Assembly (NCBI GenBank): GCA_965218795.1 | Contig: OZ244653.1 | Location: 1,536,001 to 1,600,000 of the forward strand | Source of the DNA: a bacterium | GTDB lineage: Bacteria; UBA8248; JACPRG01; G963555815 | Reading direction: 5' to 3' | DNA: 64,000 nt | Shown: piece by piece, positions 9,685 through 19,909 of the stretch | Layout: each line of letters opens with the position of its first letter | Numbering within the stretch: the stretch's first letter is position 1 | The notes under the pieces: model-generated | What the model was told of the DNA's origin: nothing | The model's input: the letters and a program-made list of their open reading frames with translations, nothing else | Databases searched by the model: none | Position numbers and translations under genes: made by a program

Positions 9685-10665
9685 TTGGACGTTCTTCTGG
9701 ATCATTTCTTCTGGATCTCCATCGGCGCGGCGATGATCCGAATCGCCACACCCATTCTGTACGCCGCGCTGGGCGAAATCGTCGCGGAGGACTCGGGCCT
9801 GCTGAACATCGGCATCGAGGGAATGATGACGATGGGAGCCTGGGGGGGATTCATGGGGGCCTATTTCTTCGGCGGAATTTGGGTCGGCGTCCTCACCGGG
9901 GCCCTCATGGGCTTTCTGATGGGGATCCTGACCGGGTGGCTCTGCATCGGCCGGGGGGCGGATCAGATCATCACGGGAATCATCATCAATATTTTCTGTT
10001 TGGGGATTACGAGTCTGACATACAAGAAAACCTTTGAAAAAATGACCGACCTGCCGGAGGTCGAATCGTTCCAGCCGTTCACCGTTCCCTTTCTGAGCGA
10101 CATTCCCTACCTCGGACGGATCCTCTTCGGCCATATTCCTCTCGTGTATTTCGCCTTCTTGCTGGTGCCGATCTTCTGGGTCCTGATCTACAAGTTGTCC
10201 TGGGGCTTGAAGGTCCGCGCGGTGGGCGAGCATCCCGAAGCCGCCGACACCGCGGGCGTCAACGTCTGGCGCGTGCGGTACATGGCCATCGGAATCGCCG
10301 GGGCGATGGCCGCCCTGGGCGGCGCGACCCTGTCCATCGGCCAGTTGAACATCTTCATGGACAACATGACGGCGGGCCGGGGGTTCATCGCCCTGGCGGT
10401 TGTCGTCTTCGGAGGCTGGAACCCCTGGAAGGTGATGGGGGCCTGCCTGCTTTTCGGGTTCGCTGAAGCGCTTCAGCTCCGCCTGCAGGCGCTGAACGTT
10501 CCGGTCCCGCACGAATTCCTGCTCATGATTCCCTACGTGCTGACCGTCGTCGTGTTGGTCGGAGGCGCGGGCAAGGCCGAGTACCCCGCCGCGATCAACA
10601 TCCCCTACCTGAAGAAGCGCGCCACTGGGAAGGCGCATGCGCAGAAGGCTTCGACGGAAGCCTGA
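9685..10665 (+). CDS. ABC transporter permease (nucleoside type)
   Basis: SGLLNIGIEGMM, RAVGEHPEAADTAGVNV, GRGFIALA. Confidence 0.92.
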   Translation: MDVLLDHFFWISIGAAMIRIATPILYAALGEIVAEDSGLLNIGIEGMMTMGAWGGFMGAYFFGGIWVGVLTGALMGFLMGILTGWLCIGRGADQIITGIIINIFCLGITSLTYKKTFEKMTDLPEVESFQPFTVPFLSDIPYLGRILFGHIPLVYFAFLLVPIFWVLIYKLSWGLKVRAVGEHPEAADTAGVNVWRVRYMAIGIAGAMAALGGATLSIGQLNIFMDNMTAGRGFIALAVVVFGGWNPWKVMGACLLFGFAEALQLRLQALNVPVPHEFLLMIPYVLTVVVLVGGAGKAEYPAAINIPYLKKRATGKAHAQKASTEA

Positions 10666-10714
10666 ATCGACGGAAGATGGACATGGAGATCCCCGGCAAC
10701 CGGAGGCGCGCCGC

Positions 10715-13069
10715 GTGAGGCCCCGTAAGAACAATTGGTTTGGGTCGCGAATGAGACGGAAAGAGGACCAACGCCTGTTGACCGGCCGGGGACGGTACCT
10801 GGACGATCTCTCCTGCCCGGCGGCGCTTCATGCCGCGTTCCTGCGCTCGCCTTACGCCCACGCGCGAATCATCGATCTCGATCTAAGCGGCTGTCGGGGG
10901 GCCGGCGCCGCCGCCGCGCACAAGGCCGAAGACCTCGGCGATCTCTGGCAGCCGTTTCCCACGCCCGTTCCGCATCCGGATTTGCGGGGGCGCAACTGGC
11001 CCCCCCTCGCCAGGGACAAGGTCAATTTCGTCGGGGAGCCGGTTGCGGTGGCCGTTGCGGAAAGCCGCGCCGCCGCCGAAGACGCGATCGAGGCGATCCG
11101 GGCCGAATATGAAATCCTGCCCGTGGCCCATCATCCGGTCCAGGCCCTGGAGCCGGGAGCGCCGCTTGTCCATGACGAGCTCGACGACAACCTGGCCATC
11201 CGGTTGGAGGCCAACATCGGCGACGCGGACAAGGCCCTGGCCGAAGCGCCCCGCGTGGAATCCCTGCGGTTGAAAATCCAGCGGGGAGGCGGCGGCTCGA
11301 TGGAGTGCCGGGGGGTCCTCGCCCAGTACGATCCGCTCTACGACAAGCTGGTCGTTCACTCCTCGACGCAGATTCCGCATTTCGTCCGGCAGAAGCTGGC
11401 CTTCCTCCTCCGGCGGACCCCGGAATCGATTGACGTGATTGCGACGGACGTGGGGGGCGGTTTCGGGCCGAAGGCGACGGTCTACCCCGAGGAGTTCATG
11501 ATTCCGTGGCTGGCCATGAAGCTGGAGCAGCCGGTGAAGTGGACCGAAGACCGGATGGAATATATCCAGACCGGCGTTCAGGAGCGGGAACAGATCCATC
11601 AGGTGACCGTGGGGTTCGACGATGAGGGGCGGATCCTCGCGCTCAAGGACGAGGCCGTCGCAGACTTGGGCGCGTATCCCGCCTGGGGGATCGTTACGCC
11701 GATCCTCACCCTGATGGCCATTCCAGGCCCGTACAAGATCAAGCATTTCTCCGGCGAAATGAACGTGGCCTACACCCACCGCGTCGCCGTAGCGCCAGTG
11801 CGCGGCGCGGGACGCCCTCAGGCGACGTTCGTCATCGAGCGGACCGTGGATCACATCGCCCGGACGCTGGGTCTCGACCGGGCGGAGGTCCGGCTTCGGA
11901 ATTTCGTCCAGCCGGACGAATTTCCCTACGAGGTAGGGCTCCCGACGCGCGAAGGCGTGATGACCTATGACAGCGGCAGTTACCCGGAGCTTTTCCGCAA
12001 GGTTCTGGAGAAGGCCGGCTACGAATCGCTGGCAAAGAAAAACCCGCGGGACGCGGGCGCTTCATCAAAGACCCTCACCGGTATCGGGCTTTCCTTCCAT
12101 GTTGAAGAGACCGGCGCTGGGCCGTTCGAGGGGGCCCGGATCCGGGTGGAAGCCGACGGCCGGGCGATTGTCTCGACCGGGGCCTGTTCCCAGGGCCAGG
12201 GCCACGAGACGATATTCTCCCAGGTCGCGGCGGACGCGCTCGGGATTTCCCCCGAGGATGTCACCGTGATCGCGGGGGACACCCGACAGATCACGTACGG
12301 CATCGGAACCTTGGCCAGCCGGAGTTCGGTCACCGCCTGCTCCGCCATCGTGCAGGCGGCCGACACCCTGCAAGAGAAGGCGCTGGCCCTCGGGGCCGAG
12401 TACTTCGAGGCCGGGCGGGAAGACCTGGAGATCGGGGAGGGCCGCGTGTTCGTCAAGGGGTCGCCGGACCGATCCGTCGGACTGGGCGAATTGGCGAGCT
12501 TTTCTTTGGGCGCGTCTCCCGGGATCATCCTGCCGCCCGGAATGAAGCCGGGCCTGGAGGCCGAGGAATATTTCGCGCCCGAGAAAGCCGCTTACTCGGC
12601 CGGGGCCCACGTCGCCGTGGTCGAGGTCGACCCGGAGACGGGTTTCGTCAGGGTTCTCCGGTATGTCGCGGGACACGACTGCGGTAAGGTCATCAATCCC
12701 CTGCTGATCGACGGCCAGATCCGCGGAGGGGTGGTCCACGGAATCGGAGACTCCTTCATCGAGGAAGTGGCCTTCGATGAAAACGGCCAGCCGCTGGCCT
12801 CCAGCTTTCTGGATTACCTCCTCCCGTTGGCAACCGACGCTCCGGAAGTGGAAACCGTCCATATGGAAACGCCTTGCCCGCATAACCTCGTCGGCGTCAA
12901 GGGAGCCGGAGAGAGCGGGACGATTGCGGCGTTGGCGGCCGTCATCTCGGCGATCGAAGACGCCCTTCAGCCCCTGGGCATTCAAATTCGCGAATCGCCG
13001 GTGCCCCCGGCACGGCTGCACGCCCTGGTCCGGGACGCGGCGGACCGCTCATCCGCTTCATCCGATTGA
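10715..13069 (+). CDS. xanthine dehydrogenase family molybdopterin-binding (large) subunit, CoxL form II-like
   Basis: RRKEDQRLLTGRGRYLDD, RSPYAHARI, GGGFGPK, VRGAGRP, GQGHET, GQIRGG, KGAGESG; GGAGG RBS before GTG 10715. Confidence 0.9.
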   Translation: MRPRKNNWFGSRMRRKEDQRLLTGRGRYLDDLSCPAALHAAFLRSPYAHARIIDLDLSGCRGAGAAAAHKAEDLGDLWQPFPTPVPHPDLRGRNWPPLARDKVNFVGEPVAVAVAESRAAAEDAIEAIRAEYEILPVAHHPVQALEPGAPLVHDELDDNLAIRLEANIGDADKALAEAPRVESLRLKIQRGGGGSMECRGVLAQYDPLYDKLVVHSSTQIPHFVRQKLAFLLRRTPESIDVIATDVGGGFGPKATVYPEEFMIPWLAMKLEQPVKWTEDRMEYIQTGVQEREQIHQVTVGFDDEGRILALKDEAVADLGAYPAWGIVTPILTLMAIPGPYKIKHFSGEMNVAYTHRVAVAPVRGAGRPQATFVIERTVDHIARTLGLDRAEVRLRNFVQPDEFPYEVGLPTREGVMTYDSGSYPELFRKVLEKAGYESLAKKNPRDAGASSKTLTGIGLSFHVEETGAGPFEGARIRVEADGRAIVSTGACSQGQGHETIFSQVAADALGISPEDVTVIAGDTRQITYGIGTLASRSSVTACSAIVQAADTLQEKALALGAEYFEAGREDLEIGEGRVFVKGSPDRSVGLGELASFSLGASPGIILPPGMKPGLEAEEYFAPEKAAYSAGAHVAVVEVDPETGFVRVLRYVAGHDCGKVINPLLIDGQIRGGVVHGIGDSFIEEVAFDENGQPLASSFLDYLLPLATDAPEVETVHMETPCPHNLVGVKGAGESGTIAALAAVISAIEDALQPLGIQIRESPVPPARLHALVRDAADRSSASSD

Positions 13070-13162
13070 GCCGAAGCGGCCCGGATCTCCAGGGACCCGG
13101 AAGACAACACGAGGAAATTACACAAATGAAGGATCGGGACCGCACGCCCACGGGGGGGTGCC

Positions 13163-15433
13163 ATGTCTGAAACCGTCTATGTGGGGAAGGCCCTTCCGCG
13201 GTCGGATGCCCCGTTGAAGGTCACCGGCCGTGCCAAGTACGGATCCGACCATTACAAGAACGATATGCTGGTCGGCCGCGTCGTGCGAAGCCCGTATCCC
13301 CACGCTCGGATCCTGAACCTCGACACTTCCGAAGCGGAGAAGTTGAGGGGGGTGAAGGCCCTCGTCACCGGGAAGGACCTCGTCCGTCCGGTGGGAATGT
13401 TCATTGAGGATGAGCCTCTGCTTGCGGTCGATCGCGTTCGTTATCTCGGAGAGGGGGTCGCGGCCGTCGCCGCCACGTCCGCGGACGTCGCGGAGGACGC
13501 GCTTTCACTGATTCGTGTGGAGTACGAGGAGCTGCCCGCTGTTTTCGACACCGAAGCCGCCATGACCGAGGACGCGCCCCGCGTCCATGACGACCGGGGA
13601 AATGTGGCGGATGAGTTCCGCGTGACGTTCGGAGATGTGGAGAATGGCTTCCGGGAGGCCGACGTCATCGTGGAGAACCGGTACACGACCGGCCGGGTCG
13701 CTCACCTGGCCCTGGAGCCGCGGTCCACCCTGGCCACCTATGAGCCGGGGGGCAAGCTCACCGTCGAAAAGTCCTCCCAGTCGGTCTACAACGAGCGGGC
13801 CCTGCTCTCCCAGGCCCTGGGCATCCCGCAGAGTAAGATTCGCGTCATCAGCTCGTTCGTGGGAGGGGCCTTCGGGAGCAAGGAAGAGCCGATGGCCTTG
13901 GATGCGGGCGCGACGCTGCTTTCGATGAAGACGGGACAGCCCGTCAAGATCACACACTCACGGGAAGACGAGTTCCTCACTCGGTTACGGCACCCCTTCA
14001 TCATCGACGCGCGTCACGGAGCCAGAAAGGACGGCTCTCTCACCGCCGTTCACTACAGACTTCTGATCGACAACGGCGCGTACACCAGCCTGGGCACCGC
14101 CATCTCCCGTGCGGCCTCGACGCTCGGCGGATCGCTGTACCGGATCCCTCATTATCTGGCGGAGAGCTGCCTTGTCTACACCCATCATCCGCCCTGCGGC
14201 GCGATGCGCGGATTCGGGAACCCCCAGATCACCTTCGCGCAGGAACAGCAAATGGATCAGCTGGCCTCGGCTTTGGGTATGGACCCGGTGGAGTTCCGTC
14301 TGCGAAACGCCGTCGAGACCGGGGATGAAACCGCATCCGGCGCCGTGCTGAAGAGTTGCGGCCTGAAGGAGTGCATCCAGAAGGCGGCGGAACAATTCGG
14401 CTGGGCGGAGAAGCGGGGCCGTCCGAAGCCCCACCGGGGGATCGCCCTGGCCTGCGGGGTCCACTTCACGAGCAGCCGGGAGACCCCGTTGGATTGCTCT
14501 GCCGTGACGCTGAAGATGAACATGGACGGGAGTCTCATCCTGATCGCGGGGACCTCCGAGATGGGGACGGGTTCGGATACGCTGCTGGGACAGATCGCGG
14601 CGGAGATTCTAGGCATCCCCCCGGAGGAGATCGAAATCATCCGCGGTGACACGGAAACCACACCCTTTTGCCTCGGAATTTGGGGAAGCCGCGTCACGAC
14701 GATGGCCGGCAAGGCGACCCAGATGGCGGCGAATGAGGTGAAGGATAACCTGGCGAACGCCGTCGCGGAGAAACTGGAAGTGGACCCGGGCGACCTCGTT
14801 TTTCGGGACAAGCGGGTCTTTGTCCAGGGATCTCGGGAGCAGGGGATGGACATGGCCGACGCGGTCATGCTGGCCATCATGCGGCAGGACGGCCAGGAAG
14901 TCATCACCAAGGCGCAGTACGACGCTGTCTCGGAAGTCCTCGACGAGGAGACCGGCCGGGGGAACTACTCGCAGGCGTGGTCCTTCACCGCCAAGTTTGT
15001 GGAGGTGGAAGTCAACCCGGAGACCGGTGAGGTGAAGGTCGAGAACCTGATCTCCGCCGTCGACCTGGGCAGGGCGATCAACCCCAAAGGCGCAGAAGGG
15101 CAAATCGAAGGGAGCGCCCAGATGGGGCTCGGATTCGCCCTGTCCGAGGAGTGCGCCTGGGAGAAGGGTCTTCCGACGAACGCCACACTGGTCGATTACA
15201 AGATGCCAGCCTCTATCGACATGCCTCCCGTCCAGCCGATCCTGGTGGAGTCCGACGACCCGTACGGTCCCTTCGGCGCCAAGGGCCTGGGCGAGATGGC
15301 CCTCGTGGGGGTGGCCGCGGCGGTGGCGAACGCCGTCCATGAAGCCGCGGGCGTTCGAATCAAGGACGCACCAATCACATCCGAAAAGGTGTATCTCGGT
15401 CTGCAAAACCTGCCCACGGGTTCCGAGCGCTGA
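13163..15433 (+). CDS. xanthine dehydrogenase family molybdopterin-binding (large) subunit
   Basis: KVTGRAKY, RSPYPHARI, GGAFGSK, AMRGFGNPQ, EMGTG, GQIEG, AKGLGE. Confidence 0.9.
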   Translation: MSETVYVGKALPRSDAPLKVTGRAKYGSDHYKNDMLVGRVVRSPYPHARILNLDTSEAEKLRGVKALVTGKDLVRPVGMFIEDEPLLAVDRVRYLGEGVAAVAATSADVAEDALSLIRVEYEELPAVFDTEAAMTEDAPRVHDDRGNVADEFRVTFGDVENGFREADVIVENRYTTGRVAHLALEPRSTLATYEPGGKLTVEKSSQSVYNERALLSQALGIPQSKIRVISSFVGGAFGSKEEPMALDAGATLLSMKTGQPVKITHSREDEFLTRLRHPFIIDARHGARKDGSLTAVHYRLLIDNGAYTSLGTAISRAASTLGGSLYRIPHYLAESCLVYTHHPPCGAMRGFGNPQITFAQEQQMDQLASALGMDPVEFRLRNAVETGDETASGAVLKSCGLKECIQKAAEQFGWAEKRGRPKPHRGIALACGVHFTSSRETPLDCSAVTLKMNMDGSLILIAGTSEMGTGSDTLLGQIAAEILGIPPEEIEIIRGDTETTPFCLGIWGSRVTTMAGKATQMAANEVKDNLANAVAEKLEVDPGDLVFRDKRVFVQGSREQGMDMADAVMLAIMRQDGQEVITKAQYDAVSEVLDEETGRGNYSQAWSFTAKFVEVEVNPETGEVKVENLISAVDLGRAINPKGAEGQIEGSAQMGLGFALSEECAWEKGLPTNATLVDYKMPASIDMPPVQPILVESDDPYGPFGAKGLGEMALVGVAAAVANAVHEAAGVRIKDAPITSEKVYLGLQNLPTGSER

Positions 15434-15445
15434 CGATCCAGCCCC

Positions 15446-15841
15446 CTACTCTTCTCCGACCACGGCAATCGCCTGGATCTCGATCATCATGTCGGGGCGG
15501 GCAAAGCCGGAGACCGTGATCAGCGCGGCGGCCGGAAAATTGTCGGGAAAGTACTGACGGCGGATCTTCGGAACGATATCCGCACCATAACGCGTATCGA
15601 GCGTGAACACCGTCGTGGTGACGATATCCTGAAGCGTTCCCCCCGCGCGCTTCAAGGTCCGCTCGATTTCCCGCATTGATGCGTGGGCCTGCGCCTCGAA
15701 GTCTCCGGCCAGGGAATTGCCGTCCTCATCCTCGGCCATCCCGACGCCGGCCAGCCAAACGATCTTTCCGCCCGTGGTCACCACCGCGGGGGAAAATCCC
15801 CGTTTCTCTTCCCAGGTTCCCTTGTGGTATTCCCTTGGCAT
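15446..15841 (-). CDS. Rid family protein (lacks the catalytic Arg)
   Basis: FSPAVVTTGGKIVWLAG, RRQYFPDNFPAAALITV, MMIEIQAIA; GAGGAG RBS before ATG 15841. Confidence 0.85.
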   Translation of the reverse strand: MPREYHKGTWEEKRGFSPAVVTTGGKIVWLAGVGMAEDEDGNSLAGDFEAQAHASMREIERTLKRAGGTLQDIVTTTVFTLDTRYGADIVPKIRRQYFPDNFPAAALITVSGFARPDMMIEIQAIAVVGEE

Positions 15842-15899
15842 CTCCGTCTCCTCTTCAAATCCTGTCCCCGAAGGCTTCCGTCGGGGGTACCCTTCCCAA

Positions 15900-16082
15900 A
15901 ACCTCGGTGTGAATGACACTTACACCTACATGCTCCTGACTTTCTGGGTCTACCTCCCGAGCGCCGCCATTAAGCAGACGTTCTCGGTCATCGTAGCCTG
16001 CGTGCACGGATGCATCGGCATCCATTTCCGGCTGCGGCTGAAACGCTCGTATTCGGCGGCCAGATCGCTCTTGTACGCCGGG
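15900..16082 (+). pseudogene. fragment resembling the membrane N-terminal region of 2Fe-2S-fused adenylate/guanylate cyclases
   Basis: LGVNDTYTYMLLTFW...KQTFSVIVACVHGCIGIHFRLRLK; no start or end context. Confidence 0.45.
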
Positions 16083-16084
16083 GG

Positions 16085-17050
16085 TCTGGAAGATGTCTCT
16101 TGTCCGGCGTTCTTTTCTTCGGGCGCGTGGTCGGTCGCCACCCAGTTCACAACGCCGTCAGGAGGCCCCCGCACAGGGCGTCCGCGTCCTCGCGGCTTCG
16201 AAGGGGAGGATACACGGAAGCAAACGGACCCAGCCGGACCAAGTCGTGCCGGGCCAAGAACAGATGTTGGGGATTGACTTTCACGCCCACGGGTTGCCCC
16301 GCTGCCCTGGCGGAACGGAGGTGATCGATCCCTTCCTTTGTGCTGACCTGGCGGAAGTTCACGGGAACCCCCAGTTCTTTTGTCATGTTCAGGACCCGGA
16401 GGGTCGCGGCCGCCTCCGTCTTGTTGGGCCGGGCGTCGGCCTGGGCCTCGGGGTCTTTGCGCCCGCAGATCGCTCGTCGGGCTTGCGCGGCCAGCGCCGT
16501 GTCCATGGCGTAGACCATGATGGGAGTCCGGGTCTCGAAAGTGGCCTTCAGCGCTTCCCGGATTCGTCTTCGTCGGAAAAGATTGTTGGCGCATCGGCCA
16601 TGAGAAGCTCAACAGACACGGCGCCCTCCCGCTTCAGTTCGCCGATCGCCCCGGATCGCCCGGGCAGCGCGTTATGCCGGTGACCCCGAAGTCCACGTGC
16701 GATTGGCCCCGGCCCAAGTCTCGTATGCTCCGGACTGTCTGCGCGTCAATGCTCGCGGGCTCCGTGTTGGGCTGCGCGACGATAGCCGTCACCCCGCCCA
16801 CGGCGGCTTCGGCCGTTCCAGTCGAAAAATCTTATTTGTGTGTGAACCCGGGGTCGCGAAGATGAACGTGAGCGTCGACCACGCCGGGCAGAACGAGTTG
16901 ATCGAAGGCTTCGATCCGCTCACGGCCGTCCAAGGCGCCCGGTTTCCCGATGGCCGAGATTCTTCCCTCTCGGATGCCGATGTCCCCCCGCCGGACTCCC
17001 TCGGGCGTGACGACAAGACCACCGGCGATGACCGTGTCATGCGCTGTCAT
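16085..17050 (-). pseudogene. dihydroorotase/allantoinase-like cyclic amidohydrolase pseudogene
   Basis: VLPGVVDAHVHLRDPGFTHK* (stop at 16832-16834), continues DFSTGTAEAAVGGVT; later YPPLRS and WVATDHAP pieces lie in different frames. Confidence 0.85.
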
Positions 17051-17203
17051 TCGATGGAACCGTCCTCATTTCGGTCCGGATCCCGGACGCGAGGTCGTCG
17101 GCTGAGGTGTACAGAAGGCTTCGAGAATAGAGAGGGCCCTCACAGGCTGGCTCAACCGGTGAGGGCCCCGTGGCGGTTCTTACGCCTTCTTCGCTCGATT
17201 CGA

Positions 17204-18190
17204 TTACCTGGGCAAGAAGGCGTTGGTGTAAACGTCTTCGGTTTTCACCCGGACCTTGAGCGGGGTGTACTTCGTGATGATGTCAACCGTTCGGTCCATC
17301 TTTTTCGGGTCCATGTACCCCAAGCCGTTTTCCAGGACCCCCTTGTCAATCATCAGCTCCCGGGTCCTGATGTACTGCTGGCGGACGAGCTCCTGGCTCA
17401 TGGTTGGGGCGTATTTGTAGAAAGACTTCAGGCACTTGTCCATGTAGACCAGGCAATGCCCCCAGGCCTCCACGTTGGCTTTCACAAATCGCCGGACCAA
17501 TCCGGGATTGCTTTGGATGATGTCGTCTTTCGTAATGACCCCGTTGGCATAGATGTCCACGCCCCAGTCGCTGTATAAGAAGAGCCTGCCTTCTTTGCCT
17601 TGCTCTTTCCCCTTTGCGATGATCGTGGGCGTTTCATCGTAATATATGGGAAGCACGTCGACCTTGTCCGAGAGCAGGCTGGGATTCATGGCGCCGTAGC
17701 CCATGGTGACCCAAGTGACGGAGTTGGGGTCCAGGCCGTTAGCGCGGGCAAAGGCCGGGAAGACCTTCTTGACGGAGTTAGCCTCGGGGGATCCGATCTT
17801 GATGCCCGCCAAATCCTTGGGCGTCTTGAACCCCTTTTCCTTGAAGAAGAAGATCCCCATGGGTGTCTTGGCATACTGCATGGCAACCTCTTTCACCTTG
17901 GCCCCCTGGGAGCGTGCGATGATGAGGGAGCCTACGTCGGCGAATCCAAAGGGGGCCACGTTCGACGCGACCCGCTTGATGGTATCGCCCGAACCGTGGC
18001 CGCGCTCCATCGTGACGTCTCGGCCTTCTTTTTTGAAGAAGCCGAGGTCTTTGGCGGCGAACATACCGACATGCTCGCCGTAGAACACCCAGTCAAGGAG
18101 CCAAAGAACCCGATCGGCGGCGTAGGCGCTTCCCACCGAGAGAGCCAGAAAACACAAAGTGGCCAAAAGGCAGGCTTTCAAGCGTTTCAT
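17204..18190 (-). CDS. NMT1/THI5-like ABC transporter substrate-binding protein
   Basis: Signal peptide; LDWVFYGEH, GFFKKEG, GHGSGDTIK, FTNAF-like C-terminus (VYTNAFL). Confidence 0.88.
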   Translation of the reverse strand: MKRLKACLLATLCFLALSVGSAYAADRVLWLLDWVFYGEHVGMFAAKDLGFFKKEGRDVTMERGHGSGDTIKRVASNVAPFGFADVGSLIIARSQGAKVKEVAMQYAKTPMGIFFFKEKGFKTPKDLAGIKIGSPEANSVKKVFPAFARANGLDPNSVTWVTMGYGAMNPSLLSDKVDVLPIYYDETPTIIAKGKEQGKEGRLFLYSDWGVDIYANGVITKDDIIQSNPGLVRRFVKANVEAWGHCLVYMDKCLKSFYKYAPTMSQELVRQQYIRTRELMIDKGVLENGLGYMDPKKMDRTVDIITKYTPLKVRVKTEDVYTNAFLPR

Positions 18191-18831
18191 GTTCCCCTCC
18201 TTTATCCGATTTCCGAAAAGGCGCACATGTTGCCCCATACCCTTTTCTGATACAGGATTGACCGCTTATCCAAGAAGGCTCCTGCACGAGGCGCCTTCCA
18301 ATTTGTCGCATTGAATAGAAATTACCGGAGACGGATTTTTTCGTCAATTCAATTTAGTGTTGATTGAGGAGGGGAAGTTCTTGGTCCAGCTCGCCGGGGT
18401 CCTACGTTGTTGCCGGATGATGAGGGCTCCGGAGAAACCGGACCGCTGCACCGGAACCCGATAAGGATGTGCTTCAAGGCCAGAGGGCGTCCGTGGCGGG
18501 CCGCGGAGCGGGACACACCGGGAAAGTCGTCCCAAGAGCCCCCCTTGACGATGTATTTGGACTCATCCCATTCGGCCTAGGTGGAGATCCATTCGAACAC
18601 CATACCCGCCATATCCATGATCCCGTACGGGTTGGCTCTCGATGGCTACCCCCCCTGTAGGTGAACAAAAATAATTGCAAATGGCCTGAAAAATCCCCCC
18701 ACCTTATCACCGTATTCCACGGCTTTCCGGATTCTTCCCCCATCTTGGGTTTGCAGGTGAAACGTGCCAAAGTGGAGAATCTGGACATTTTTCACAGGAC
18801 CCTGTCACCAACAAATGGCGGAGGAGGATTC

Positions 18832-19767
18832 ATGTCGAGAGTTTTGACCGTTGGCGGCGCACAACTCGGCCCGATCGCGCGGAACGAGCCGCGCTCGTCC
18901 GTGATCCAGCGGATGCTCGCCCTTATGCGGGAGGCCAAGCACCGGGGTTGCGGCCTCATCGTTTACCCGGAACTCGCCCTCACGAGCTTTTTCCCGCGCT
19001 GGTATATCGAGGATGAGGAAGAACTGAACAGCTTTTATGAGCGCGAAATGCCGAACGAGGAGACCCGCCCGCTCTTCGAGGAGGCGGCCCGGCTTCAAAT
19101 CGGCTTTCACCTGGGCTACGCGGAGTTGACCGAGGAAAACGGGCAAACCCGCCGGTACAATACCGCCGTCCTCGTCGACCCCGCCGGCCGGATCATCGGC
19201 AAGTACCGTAAGATTCACCTCCCCGGCCATGGGGAGCACGAACCGGAACGCTTGTTTCAGCACCTTGAGAAGCGATACTTCGACGTGGGGAACCTCGGCT
19301 TCCCGGTGTGGAAGGCCATGGACGCTTCAATGGGTATCCTCATCTGCAACGATCGCCGCTGGCCCGAGGCTTTTCGTGTCCTGGGCCTGCAAGGGGTCGA
19401 GCTCGTCCTCATCGGCTACAACACCCCGGCGCTCAACGGCCTGCTTTTCGAGCCGCCCCACCTGCGCGCCTTCCACAACCATCTTTCCATGCAGGCGGGG
19501 GCTTATCAGAACGCCGCATGGGTCGTCGGAGTAGCGAAGGCCGGCCGTGAGGAAGGCATCGACATGTTGGGATGCAGCGCCATCATCTCGCCGACGGGCG
19601 AGATCGCGGCTCAGGCCTCGACCCTTGAGGACGAATTGATCGTGACGGATTGCGACTTGGACGCGGGCCGATACCTCAAAGAGACCACCTTTCAGTTCTC
19701 CGCCCACCGCCGCCCGGAGCATTATGGCCTGATTGTCGAGACCACCGGTATCGTGCCGCCGAAATAG
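18832..19767 (+). CDS. N-carbamoyl-D-amino-acid hydrolase (nitrilase superfamily)
   Basis: YPELALTSFFPRW (Glu), YRKIHLPGH (Lys), ICNDRRWPE (Cys); GGAGGAGG RBS. Confidence 0.92.
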   Translation: MSRVLTVGGAQLGPIARNEPRSSVIQRMLALMREAKHRGCGLIVYPELALTSFFPRWYIEDEEELNSFYEREMPNEETRPLFEEAARLQIGFHLGYAELTEENGQTRRYNTAVLVDPAGRIIGKYRKIHLPGHGEHEPERLFQHLEKRYFDVGNLGFPVWKAMDASMGILICNDRRWPEAFRVLGLQGVELVLIGYNTPALNGLLFEPPHLRAFHNHLSMQAGAYQNAAWVVGVAKAGREEGIDMLGCSAIISPTGEIAAQASTLEDELIVTDCDLDAGRYLKETTFQFSAHRRPEHYGLIVETTGIVPPK

Positions 19768-19909
19768 GGTTCATCAGAGCCGGGGAGAAGTCCATTCATC
19801 AGGGCCGGATTCCCCTGTTGGACCGCCCGTGCCGTGCCGCCTGATCGAAGGAAAGCGGTGTTACAATTCATGGACTGAGCCCGCCCAATCAATGAGGAGG
19901 AACGCCTCC

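Noticed and set aside
10715-13069. Aerobic CO dehydrogenase (form I CoxL)
   Set aside because: Active-site loop is VRGAGR, not AYxCSFR; no cox accessory genes.
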